In this document: positions 1 to 11,300 of the stretch, one piece after another
Position numbering within the stretch: the first letter of the stretch is position 1
Layout of the letters: every line of letters begins with the position of its first letter
Origin: Heterodontus francisci
Lineage: Eukaryota
DNA length: 64,000 bases
Assembly: GCF_036365525.1 (NCBI RefSeq)
Contig: NC_090372.1
Location: forward strand, 74,758,078 to 74,822,077
Direction: 5' to 3'
Position numbers and translations under genes: made by a program
The notes under the pieces: generated by a model
What the model was told of the DNA's origin: nothing
Seen by the model: the letters and a program-made list of their open reading frames with translations, nothing else
Database searches by the model: none

Positions 1-120
1 GATTAGAACCCCGCAGGGGATTTACCCCGGTATCATTTCCTCCTTCTGTTTTACAACTTTTTTTTCTCTTCCCCCCACCCCCCCCCCCCCCCCCCACCGC
101 CCCATGCTCTCGTAAGATCA

Positions 121-1072
121 CAGAACTTGTCTCCGAAGCTGTTGTCCACAATTCCCTTCCAAATTGTCCAGTTACTCTACTTAGGTTTTTGGTTTCTTTC
201 CAGCGGATCAGTTGCTTTTATGTGCAATGTTAATAGGTATACTTGTCGGTTTTATATGGAGAAAAGGAAACCCAGTATTTACAACAGATATACAGTCTTG
301 CAACGATGCACCTGGTACGTTGACATTAAAGGGTTATTACAATAAAATATGTTTCTGCATTTCCGTCTGGGGTCCTTTAGGAAACATTTTCTCTAATATT
401 AGGATATGTTATTTTCTTTTGATCTCTGGAGTCTCCTCTAGCAAGTCACAATCCTTGTGCTAAGCAGACAGGCTTTGCACCAGCGGGGGTGTTTTATCAG
501 GAGATTATTGCACTACATTCGTCCCTCGCTCTTAAAGAAAAATCTTTGATATAAGCTGCAAAACTGTCTGCAATAACCATGTTTCCTTTACATTCCAAAA
601 TCGAAACTGTGCGCAAATCTACATGTTCTGGGAAGCGCTTGAGATTACGCTTTGAATGCTCAACTTTTCCTACATCACAATATATCCGAAGCCGAGGTAT
701 CAAAGATTTTACCAGACCTAACGGATGACCTTAAAATGTTGAGAGTTTAAATAAAATTTACACCATTACAATCCACAGCGAGCGGTTGTGTCGAGCAGAA
801 GAGGCGCGTATTATATATAGTACCAACCTTTTTAAAACCATATTTTCCAGGTCTGAAAATTTCCCCACTGAAAATTGGTTACCGCTCTCGATTGCTCTTT
901 GATTACAAGGAAAATAACTCCGATGAAAACTTGAGAAATAAAAATCGAAGGAAGGGGGAGAGTGGAACAAAATGCAATATAATTGAACGATTACCAGTAA
1001 AGTCAACGTTTCATTCATGAATTTCTAGTTCAATAATAACAAAAGAACGCTGTTAACTGAAGCCAAACGCAT
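121..1072 (-). pseudogene. Probable HoxA8 pseudogene remnant (exon-1-like ~1072-713, homeobox-like ~320-121)
   Basis: The minus strand 320-121, read across frameshifts, gives VPG/HRCKTVYLL*ILG FLF-PYKTDK..IAH..LERNQKPK*SNWTIWKG..DNS..DKF. PG8 reads [60 protein letters not shown]. Upstream, one frame from ATG 1072 gives MRLASVNSV (cf. MSSYFVNSL), GKFSDLENM (cf. AKFYGYDNL) and LVLYIIRASS (cf. LVQYPDCKSS). A donor-like G|gtaaaa lies at 713/712. Position is the PG8 slot, 3' of HoxA9. Confidence 0.65.
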
Positions 1073-1754
1073 GCTACGAAAACAGATGCTCCGCAAAACC
1101 TCCAAAATCTTATTTTCTAATAATATGAAACAGATGTCTGGGGAAGCTGATTTTTCACTTCTATTTTGCTCTATATTTCGCCATTTCTCCGGGCTGTAAG
1201 CTTTCTCGCACAGCTGGCCTACGTGCATTGCGACTGCAGGGCCCCAGTTACACATATTTATAAATAAAATACAAATTACAGCATTTTATTGTACACTTTA
1301 ATTACTCGTGAATGTCATTGTCACCGTTAAATAAGACTTTACTAATAAAACATTGACACTAACGCACAAGGTTTATTTAGCAACAATCGCAAATGCTTAT
1401 TTTCTTTTATTACCAGGGATCTAATGATGTATTGGTCACAGCGCCATATTAACAGCTCGAACTGGGGAAAATATAGAAACAAAGAAAACGAAACATTTTT
1501 AACATGAATTAATAAATTATTATGGTTGCAACTTCAAATGTTACCGTATATTTTTTGCAACAAAATACAATTGAATCGTATGGATGGTCAGTAAACCATG
1601 GTGTCTTCATAAATCGAAGAGTTTCAAACTATGTCTTCTCATCCACAACTGGAGAACAAGGAGAATACTAAAGGAAAAACATCTGATAAATATGCAATTG
1701 CATAAAATTTCTCATTTGTGTAGAAAGATGGATAGATCGATGGGTAGGTAGGTT

Positions 1755-1777
1755 GATAGATAGATAGATAGATAGAT

Positions 1778-1838
<61 letters not shown>

Positions 1839-1841
1839 GAT
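1755..1841 (+). repeat. (GATA)n microsatellite
   Basis: About 21 GATA units with two variant units, read directly. Confidence 0.97.
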
Positions 1842-3740
1842 TATGTTGCCGTCATAGCGTTATGTTTTGCAGAAATTTAAATGATAATGGCAGATTTCGT
1901 AAATTCGGAAATCCGAGTTTCTTCTGTTCTTCAGGATAGGGCTATATGCCCCATGATTTTTTTTTAAACTCTTTCTATCAGATTATTATTAATGTTATTG
2001 TAAACTGCTTACAAACACAGGAAAAGACTTTTTGCAACATTAAGATTGTGTTGCGCTGCAACAGGTAACACTCGAAGTGCAGCAGGGAAGCTTACATTTC
2101 AATAGACAAAATAACAAAGAGCACAGTGATCACGGAGCATATATTTGAATTGCCATTGAATAATAACGTAGATCATTCCTGTCAGTATATTTTGAAATGT
2201 AAATATATCAATTTCTTTTCACGTCATTTTCTATGGTTTGGAATCTACTATATGGCTGTAAAAATTCCCCATTCCTTCTGTCCAGTTTATTAAAGGAAAT
2301 AGAAGCTTGATTTCTGGTCTTTCTAAATTCTGGCTTAGTATTGTGCTGTGGCAAGAACTACACAGATTTATATATATAGAAAACATAATTGCATATATTA
2401 CGCTCGAGTAATGAATGCGAACATCTTTATTTTGTACCACACATCATGAAATCAATATAATTCACGTGATGACAAACGTTTTTGACTCCACATCACCACG
2501 TTTTAGGAAGGTGAGGAAGCCACCTGTTTTTAGTTCCAAAAGGTATACACTATTATGCTACTAAAAAAGCAGCTGCGTGATTTTGACTTTCTGATGTATG
2601 AAGAAACTTAGGTGACGTTATTTAAACATAACAGTCACACTGTAACAAAAACAACATCTTTTAGATACAACCGACGCTTTCATTCAGTCTGAAATCAATA
2701 CGGGCGAGCTTTTACAGAATCTTTCAATTGAAAAGATGCAGACAGCTGAGTATATAGGCCGCAGTGTCTCAACTAGAAAATATTATGTGGGCACCTTTAA
2801 AAAAAGACATGTATCCTCCCAACTGACTTTCTTTGTCACCGCATTTGACCCAAGTTATAATGTAAACGTTAGTATGCTGTCAAGTACATCCAACGTGTTT
2901 TTCACCATATACCATTAATAACGCTATCCATTTAGTCACCTACTTATCCATTACCTATCTATTTTTAAAAGTATTTGAATTTTGTTGCACTGTAATGTGC
3001 ATTTCGTTCTCTGTGTGCGTACATAACACAAATAAAATCACTTATTTTACAGATCTCTCCTTTATGCATGTGTGTAAAATAGACATTATTGCTCATGAAT
3101 TTTACTTTATTGCTGTTCTAGTTCACCTATTCTGTCTATTCTGTCTATAGATGTGATTTTATAAATTACAATAAAATGGAGCCATAAAATACACCAAAAA
3201 ATTTAGTCACTTGTGTACTTCAAAGATATGTCACATTTACTGGTCTCGCTGGGGAATTTCGGGATAAACAAGTGTACATGCATGTGCATTTAAGTATGTG
3301 ATTGGACACATGTATACCTGTATGTATGTATAAATGTGTCTGCATACGCGTATATATAGATATATAACAGATCACGTCATTTCTTTTTCAGATACTCACA
3401 ACTTCTAATTGCTATCCCCTGTTGCATGCAGTTCAGTAGACTGAGAAACAAAGTGGAAAATAATCAATTTAAATCGTATTCTTGTACATTAAAAATAAAA
3501 CATGGAAGCACAAATGGATTTCTAAACCCCATGTCATGTGGAATTAATCTGTCCCCAAATGAGTTGATGGATTCAGAATGAATATACTCCATAGACCTCA
3601 GTTCATTTTTACAAGTACCATTTGTGGTAGATGTTTTCATCCCATTTACAACCTACTGTATAAATAAATCCCAGTTTATAGCAGTTATTGCACTTTTTGG
3701 CAGCTTGGCGGCACTCTTTTTAAATTCTTCTGTGGATTAA

Positions 3741-3758
3741 CACTGCCATCTCCTGGCT
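3741..3758 (-). promoter_or_regulatory. Candidate CTCF site 3' of HoxA9
   Basis: Minus strand AGCCAGGAGATGGCAGTG resembles the CTCF core CCASYAGRKGGCRS. Mammals have a CTCF boundary in the A7-A9 interval. Confidence 0.5.
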
Positions 3759-4189
3759 ATGAAAGAAAATTGCAACAAGGAAATTGCTGTCGGCGAATGC
3801 AGAAAAAAACCTTTTCGAAACTGCAAAGAAATTAATACCTATATCTATTTTTGACAATGCCTTTTTTTCTTATACCTAACAAATGTAATTGCAGATAGCG
3901 TTAAAACACGCATCAAAATAACTAAAGATCTGTTATTTTTCCACTAGACGCAATAAATTAGTGAAGAGATATCTAAGGGGCCCACATTAAAGACGAGACT
4001 AATAAAGGTCGTTATTTCCGCAGACCCTTTTGTCTAGGCAGCCAGACAAAACAAATGGATCGCCTTCTCTGGAAAAATACTGATTGTAGCTGGACAGTTG
4101 TAAACTCATTAAAACCTGAATACCAGACGGCTTGCCAGACCCTTCATTTTATTGCAAGTCTCCCAGTTTAGTCTTTGAAGTTCCATCTG

Positions 4190-4207
4190 CAACAACAGAG
4201 GGCGTCA
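4190..4207 (+). promoter_or_regulatory. Candidate CTCF site
   Basis: CAACAACAGAGGGCGTCA is a partial match to the CTCF core. Confidence 0.35.
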
Positions 4208-5802
4208 CAACATTATAACCTTTCAGACTGAATACTTAAAAATAAAAAGGTTCAATTTAGCAGCTGCTTAATATAATAATGAAAATTGTTTCAATAATTG
4301 TAATCCTATTCAAGTATTTGCTGCCAGATGCTGAAGAATGCTCCAAAATTAAGATCGTCAGTGTCGTGTTTATGCACTTCGCCCCTTAACCTCCAGCGTT
4401 TTACACCCCATAAACGCTTACAGCAGTCATTTTCTTTTATTGCGGTACACCACTCTGAATTTTACTAACGACAGCCACTGCCAAGACTTCCAACTATGTG
4501 GGCCTCGCTGCCCAGTGTCCAAATCATTTGAATCCCACTAAATCTATCCAAACTGTCTTCGGGGTCTTAAAAAGTAACTAGGGATCTTACAGTTGGAAAG
4601 GAAGTTGCATAAATGTCGAAGCCATGCACAACAATTTTTTTAGCGGTAAGACGACTAAGTCTACTTTAACTTTCTTCCTAAGGGTGCTGCTCTTTTGTGT
4701 TGACGAGTTAATGAAATGGTGGCAGGGATTGGTGCCAGTACGAATTTTTAGAATTATTTACCTCTCTCTTTATTATACGATGAAATCTAAACAATTTCGG
4801 TGCTCTTCACACGGACAAGCAACTCAAGATTATTCATTTCCACTTTCAACAGAAGTACTACATTGCTTGAATAAGTAACACACAACAAATCATATAAATA
4901 ATCAGCGGCCTTGGCGCATGGCCAGGCGACAGATAAAAGTTGTTAATGCACAGTTTTGCACATTCTCGGGTTAATTGGCGATAACTGGGCGTTAAGCACA
5001 AACGTATTCAGAATCTGTATCATCAGATTCGCTTCTAAGCCAACGCTATTACATTACACTTTCTATTTTCTTCCCTTTTGCAGAAACCCCAGTCTCATTC
5101 TAATTTTAGTTACCCATGTCAGCTAAGGTGATTATATTCGTTGCAATATTTATTGAGGGAAATTCAAACTTTGAGTTAAGGTTTGAATGTCAGCATTTTG
5201 TGCAAAATTCAAAAATCGTTAAATTTTACAAAATTGTAGAAGTTGATGTTAACTATGCAATGTTAAATATTATTTAAAAATGGGATTACTTTCATGAAAC
5301 TGACAAACTTTATTCCGCTTATTTCATTTACTTGCTGCTGTTCGCCTGAAAGCTTGCATTTTGATTCGCGTGTTGAAAATCTGAAATATCTCTAAAGGTA
5401 CGGGGTGTTTTGAAAATTCTGCAATGCTGGTGGAATAAGAAGGTAATCGTGGAGTTCCATATGAGGTGTTTGCATGCATTGAGCTTCATAAACAGAAAGC
5501 ATATTTTATATGTAGTGAAACATATATTTTATTAGACAACAAATAAAATGACATTTCATTACAAACAGTATAGTTTGGTCAATATGACGCGAGGTATTCA
5601 TTTCAAACGTGTACACAAATGTAAATGTGTTAGCTCTACAGGCCTAAAGACAACCCCCATTTAAAACACATTAGTGGTATATTTTCTTTCTATTGCACCC
5701 AGATATTTTCCTTGTACACATTACATTTATTAACAATATTGTTTATTTTTATCGCATAAATGCGTCAAAACAATATTAAGGGTGACATTTACACACAAAA
5801 CA

Positions 5803-5833
5803 TAGGTAGTTACTAGTTTTACATATAGGTAGT
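5803..5833 (-). promoter_or_regulatory. Two miR-196 8mer target sites in the presumed HoxA9 3' UTR
   Basis: TAGGTAGT on + at 5803-5810 and 5826-5833 reads ACUACCUA in the mRNA. This matches the seed of the mature miR-196 encoded at 13847-13868. Confidence 0.75.
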
Positions 5834-6654
5834 TTTAAACCAAATCTTACACTTTTCTTTGCACCACAACACCGATAAATACAAAGTGTCTGAGAACTTT
5901 ATTCGTGCTTTTATCACAACAGACAAGAGTATCGTGTAGCATTATGCTCAGCGCTGCTCCTTGAAATACAACTTATATTAGCATTCTATGCAATTCAGTT
6001 TCATATAATTTCTGAAGAACAACACAATCGTCATGCACCCCGGGCAAGGCCGTTACTCAGTCTCACAAAGACAGCATAAAGCCTGAAGTTTCTACAGGTT
6101 CATTCACAGTGAAAATAATACAATATATGTTCCAAGGTCACCACGAAAATAACATTTCAAATGCACTACAGAGCCTATTATCTTTATAATAAACATCCTG
6201 AGTTAAATTGAGATTTTTCTTTTGTTTGTTTACACGATCTTTACTCGGACACCGCCCGAGCACAGAGGCCCAGTCACAGAGATAATCACCACAACAGACA
6301 CAAGGATTCAAGTATATAAGGCAGCCTCGTTTGCTGCATGTAAAACAAGTAAATATTAAACTAGTACAGTATTACTGAATTACTGTCCACGGAGAAGAGC
6401 GGTGGATTAAGAAAAGGTAGTTTTCATGTAAAGTAAGGTAGATTCCGTAGCCTCATGCTTAACCTTGCCGTAAATGTCCCCTCTTTGGTTCCCAACTAAC
6501 AAGTGTATCCCACCATATTTAGTCCAAAACTGGCAAAGGAATAATTTGTGCTAATGACATGACAAATGTACACATAGTCTTTCTGCAGTGGGGCCTATTT
6601 CGATTTTAATTGTGAATTAGTTCTTTTTCTCCCTCAAAAATATTCTAATTCGTG

Positions 6655-6896
6655 TCACCGGTCGTCTTTAGGTCTTTCCTTGTTGATTTTTTTCATCTTC
6701 ATCCTTCTATTCTGAAACCAGATTTTAACTTGCCGTTCAGTAAGGTTAAGGACTCTGGCGACCTCGTATCTGCGGTCTCTTGTGAGGTACATATTAAACA
6801 AGAATTCCTTTTCCAGTTCCAACGTCTGATGTTTGGTGTAAGGACAGCGCTTTTTTCTGGTAGACCTTGCATGCAGCCAGTTGGCGGAAGGGTTAT
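6655..6896 (-). CDS. HOXA9: HoxA9 exon 2 (homeodomain)
   Basis: Acceptor ttcag|AT at 6897/6896. Encodes [47 protein letters not shown]...[11 protein letters not shown]. Stop TGA at 6657-6655. Confidence 0.97.
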
Positions 6897-7566
6897 CTGA
6901 AAATATGAAAGGAAATACATTTGATATATTTTCCCTATTCATGTAGTCAAAATATTGCCACATTCTCAGAATCAAAACACCTTTACAGATAAGAGGGTCA
7001 AGAAGTACTAGCTTAATGAGGCTGGTTGCTACATTTTTATCTGTGTTTTCATAGTATTAAACTCTTAACACGAATCGTCTTGTTCAATGAACAAACTCTA
7101 TGAATAAAGTCCAAAATGAATTAGAAAAAATTAATATTGTGACGCTGTGTTAATCAGACACGTTAATAATCCAAAACAATATGCAGTCTGTCTGTGGTGT
7201 CTATTGTGTGCAATATTTGTTTATCCAGTAGTCTTATCTCCATCACATCCACTTACACCAGATGCACTTGAATTACAGAGTCAGTAATTACTCAGTATCA
7301 CCCCCTTTCTCACCCCCTTTCTCTTCTATAATGAATGGAAATTAGTTCACTGTATACCCACAGTACAGCCGTAAATTTGCAGCATAAACCTTGAACAAAT
7401 GTCTCAAATCTATTTCAGTTATATATAAAAAAAACAATACTGTAAATAGATCTGTGCATTTGTATTTTCGCTATGTAATGAAGAATATGGAAGGAATATA
7501 AAACAGTTCGTATTTATAATCCTTATCTAGAAAAGTAATGCAAATATTTAGGGTTTCCACACTTAC

Positions 7567-8107
7567 TTGGATCCATGTGTAGCTTATCTGCGTTTGACTC
7601 AGTCTCTCCATTATTTTCAGAAAAGGAAACCTCGCTCACACGTTTGTCGGCAGGAGAAGTTCCACAAGTATACTCTGAGAGGGCCAACGTGTGTGTTTCA
7701 AACGTGGTGCAGTCACTTCTGCGGGAAGCTACTGGCTCGGGTTTGATGCCGTAGTGTCGACTGGAAGGTAACCCGGGAAAGGAGAGGGTTCCCGGCATGG
7801 GATCTAGCCAGGAGCGCATGTACCTACCATCGGGCGCGGCGGCAATCGGAGCCTGGTGCATGTAAGGGTGATAAACAGTGGGCATATTGGCAGAGCTCTG
7901 AGCATGAACCGGGCTCCAGGAGGTGCTGAAAACTGTGGCTTTAGACTGGAAGTTGCATGGGGAGAAGTCGGGGTGCTCAGTAAGGGCTGCCTGCCTGGAA
8001 GCCTGAGCCAGTGAACCCGACGCATATCTGGACGACAGCAGATCCTCGTTCTCATGCATTATAAGGGAGTCGACATAATAATTGCTGATAGTCCCTGATG
8101 TCGACAT
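7567..8107 (-). CDS. HOXA9: HoxA9 exon 1
   Basis: MSTSGTISNYYVDS... with PG9 motifs VYHPY, DGRYMRSWL and YGIKPEP. Phase-1 donor A|gtaagt at 7567/7566. Spliced CDS is 783 nt, 260 aa. Confidence 0.97.
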
Positions 8108-8149
8108 TCTCGGCAATGACACAGCAAGCCCCTCTGAAAATATGAAAGA

Positions 8150-8345
8150 GCAGATTTCAATGTAACAACTTACCGCCGCGACAAGTACAGTCTACTAATA
8201 TGGTGCAGAAGCACTTCCATGCCATTGGCTAAGTTACTCACGTGATTCAAAAAACAACAATAAAATATAAATCAATCCGCAGCTTGTAACAGAGTCAATC
8301 TTTTATAGACATAATTTTATATAGCAACTCCGTATGTTTTTATGC
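8150..8345 (-). promoter_or_regulatory. HoxA9 proximal promoter / 5' UTR block
   Basis: A CCAAT box (ATTGG 8224-8228) and E-box CACGTG (8239-8244), followed by clustered TTTAT/ATAAA Cdx/AbdB-type motifs, lie just upstream of the start codon. Confidence 0.55.
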
Positions 8346-11300
8346 AAAGAGATATAATCACCTCTATATATGGAAGCTGATTTCTTTGTTGCCAGCGGAG
8401 AGGTTAAAAAAAAAGTATTCCGTTGTAGTTTTTTTAGGGGACTATTTTATATCATAATCAATCTTCCCATCAGATGCTCGTTTTTTTTAACGAACACCTT
8501 AAAACCGTTAACCTTCACATAAAAGATTATGGAAAGAGTGAAACTATAAACTGCAGAAAATAACAACGAGGAAAGAGATTGGACAGGTATTTATTATTCA
8601 TGCTTAGTAAAATTAAAAGCGCATTCTTAACAAATAAAAATCGTTGACGAAGTTTTAAAGCGTACCTCTGAGAAGTGGCGTGTGTACCTGCAGCTGCTAA
8701 AGATCTAAAGATTTTAAAAATGAGGCGCACATAAACACACTGTGACAATCTCCGTTTTATAATAGTTTGAGCAATAAAACTACATGTTAGTAAGCTATAG
8801 TCATTCCAAAAAGGCTCTTTATCTACAATAAACCATAATAAATTTCAACTTCCGCATTCAACGTGCTACTTTGGTTGACAGATGCAGATATCCGGATAAA
8901 ATACATTTCTTCGGAAATCGGGCAGTTCTGCCATCGTTCTCTTCAAATTCGTGGACTTTTTGTATGAGTCACTCTCTGGCGGGTTCTGTGGAGAGTAAAT
9001 CGGAAAGCTTCCCCGCACAGGCGGCGTTCGGAAACCCAATCTGTTATATAGTTAAGATATGTTACTTTCAATAGCAAATAAAAGAAAACGATTAGATATA
9101 TAAACAGATGCAAAACGTAACAGTCGTATTTCAATAGTTAGAAGGCATCCTTATTACAGTGTTATCGGCCTATTAAACATTTAATGTGCAACTAAGTACT
9201 GTGCCTTAAAAACTTAGTAGGCCTCACACACACTATGGATATAAATGTGTATAGCGTTGGACGATATTACTCAGTTACATTAAAATTAATAAATGGGATG
9301 TTAGTCAGAAGGCCAGTATCCTGGTTTAACATGATCTAGTTTTAAAGTAAATGAACTTGCAATATATTTTTTAATAAAATAAATAAAATAACTGCAGAAA
9401 CAATCCATATCGTCCGCCAGTGATTTATCTTGTTGCCATTTTTCGCTTGGAATAATTTATCGTTGCTATTTTAGCATGAAATGTTTCATTTTACGGGTAT
9501 GGTTTAGGCGTCAGTGCGTTTGTTTATACAGTTCCAGTACACAGTTTCACAGGGCATAATGATATGTTACATTATGTTGTGTTTCATTGGACTGCTCTTT
9601 TAAAACATATTTGATGTATGCAGTTGCTCAAAATCTGAAAGAGAATTGGCAATAGTCATTTTAATCAAATGCAACTTGCCCTAGTTTTAAAACGTTTAGA
9701 TCTTTGAAGACAAACAGTAATATGATTTGGTAGCTGGGCTATGTGGGTTTGCAAATGAGGCTTGTTTTAATGCTTATTTTATATTTCTTTGTTGTTATTT
9801 TATAATTCCATATGCGGGCATTTTGTTTATTTCTGCTACAGCAAACTTAATTTAAAAATACCTTCGGTTTATCTCGACGCTAGCAACAGCGTAAAATAAT
9901 CCTATATCCAAAATTGTTATTTAGTACTTGAACTGTTGCGTGGATCAGATACCACAGAAATAACCATTAAACAAAGACATTTATCAGATCCCACATTAAA
10001 CCAAAGTACTGTCGCCGTCGTGTTGAATCGCTTGCTTCCCCCCACCATCCGCTGGCTGGATCAGCTCTCAGTTTAAAACCTTTGCAGCTAACTGAAAGAC
10101 AACTTCCTTTTCTCGACGTTTGGGGTCCCTTTATCCGAATCTTTCTTTAGATTTCTGTGCATTCCCCATTGTTTTGTTTTGGAAGGGGAGATTCAGCCTG
10201 TCGCCTGTGCGCCAACATTGAGTATCTGGTCAGCGGAGTGTTACAGCGACACTGGCGGAGTGCTGAGGTCTAGAGCAAAATCGAGAACCACTCAAGTCCA
10301 GTGTTGAGCCTCAAGAAAGAAAACGTTTTGTGTTTCCTGTGCAGATGGCCTGAAATTAGGATTTAAATGTTGGTTCTATATTTAAAAAGTGAAGCTAGGA
10401 CGCTGTGAAACTGCACTTCTCTTTAAAGAGCGGTTCCTCTAATTGAAATGTAGGGGTATTTTTTGCTAAGAAAATAGATAAAAACAACCCACTATTAAAA
10501 CGCCTGAAAGAATTTAACCACAACCTTGGAATGTGTCGCGGCTTGCTGCGATACCTAAAGATTTATAGTTTTGTACGAAATATTTGATTTTAAATTATAT
10601 AGTTGAATTCGTTGCAATTAGCATAGTGAATTCTCAATCTCAAATGGATCACTGTTCCCCCCCCACCCCCTCACCCCCCGTCCCCGCCCCCTCAACCCCG
10701 TCCCCCCAAAAAAGATAGTTACGGATTTTGGTGACTTGTCCGGTTTAGATTTTCAGTTTAAGCTTTTGTTTGAACGTTCAACACAGAAAACTCGCATGTT
10801 ATTTGCAAGTTGCAGCTTTCAGGCTCGGAAAGGGAAAAAAAACAGAGAAAAAGATCCGTTACGTGCGTGGATACAATTCATCCAAGGTCTCCAAAGAAAT
10901 TAGTATTATCATACAAAGTTGGTACAGATTATTCAATAACATACAAAAATACAATACAGCATCCATTCTAATTTTAAGACGCATTCTGGGGTAGCGGAAC
11001 TTATCGTATTTTCATTCTATGGCAAGACGAGTGGAATAGGGATAAAGCGAAACTTTTTTTACGTGCTGTTTTGAGCTGTTCTTTTTTACTTTGAGAATCA
11101 TGTTTGTAGGATCTAAATAACACAATATTTTATTAATTCATGTACTTTCCCAGTAGCTAAGAATTCAGTCAAAAATATGGTACTCGCATTCACTCACAGA
11201 CTGTGTTTAATACTTTTCGGAATTTTCGAGGCAAGTAGGATATGCATGGAGTACACCTTGTAGCCAGAAAGACTAGGCAAAAATGTCACAAATAAGAGTG

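Noticed and set aside
367-387. Minus-strand MFPKGPQ resembling the PG8 hexapeptide MFPWMRPQ
   Set aside because: It lacks WM and a donor and lies only ~50 nt from the homeobox remnant. The segment near 730-713 fits exon-1 length better.
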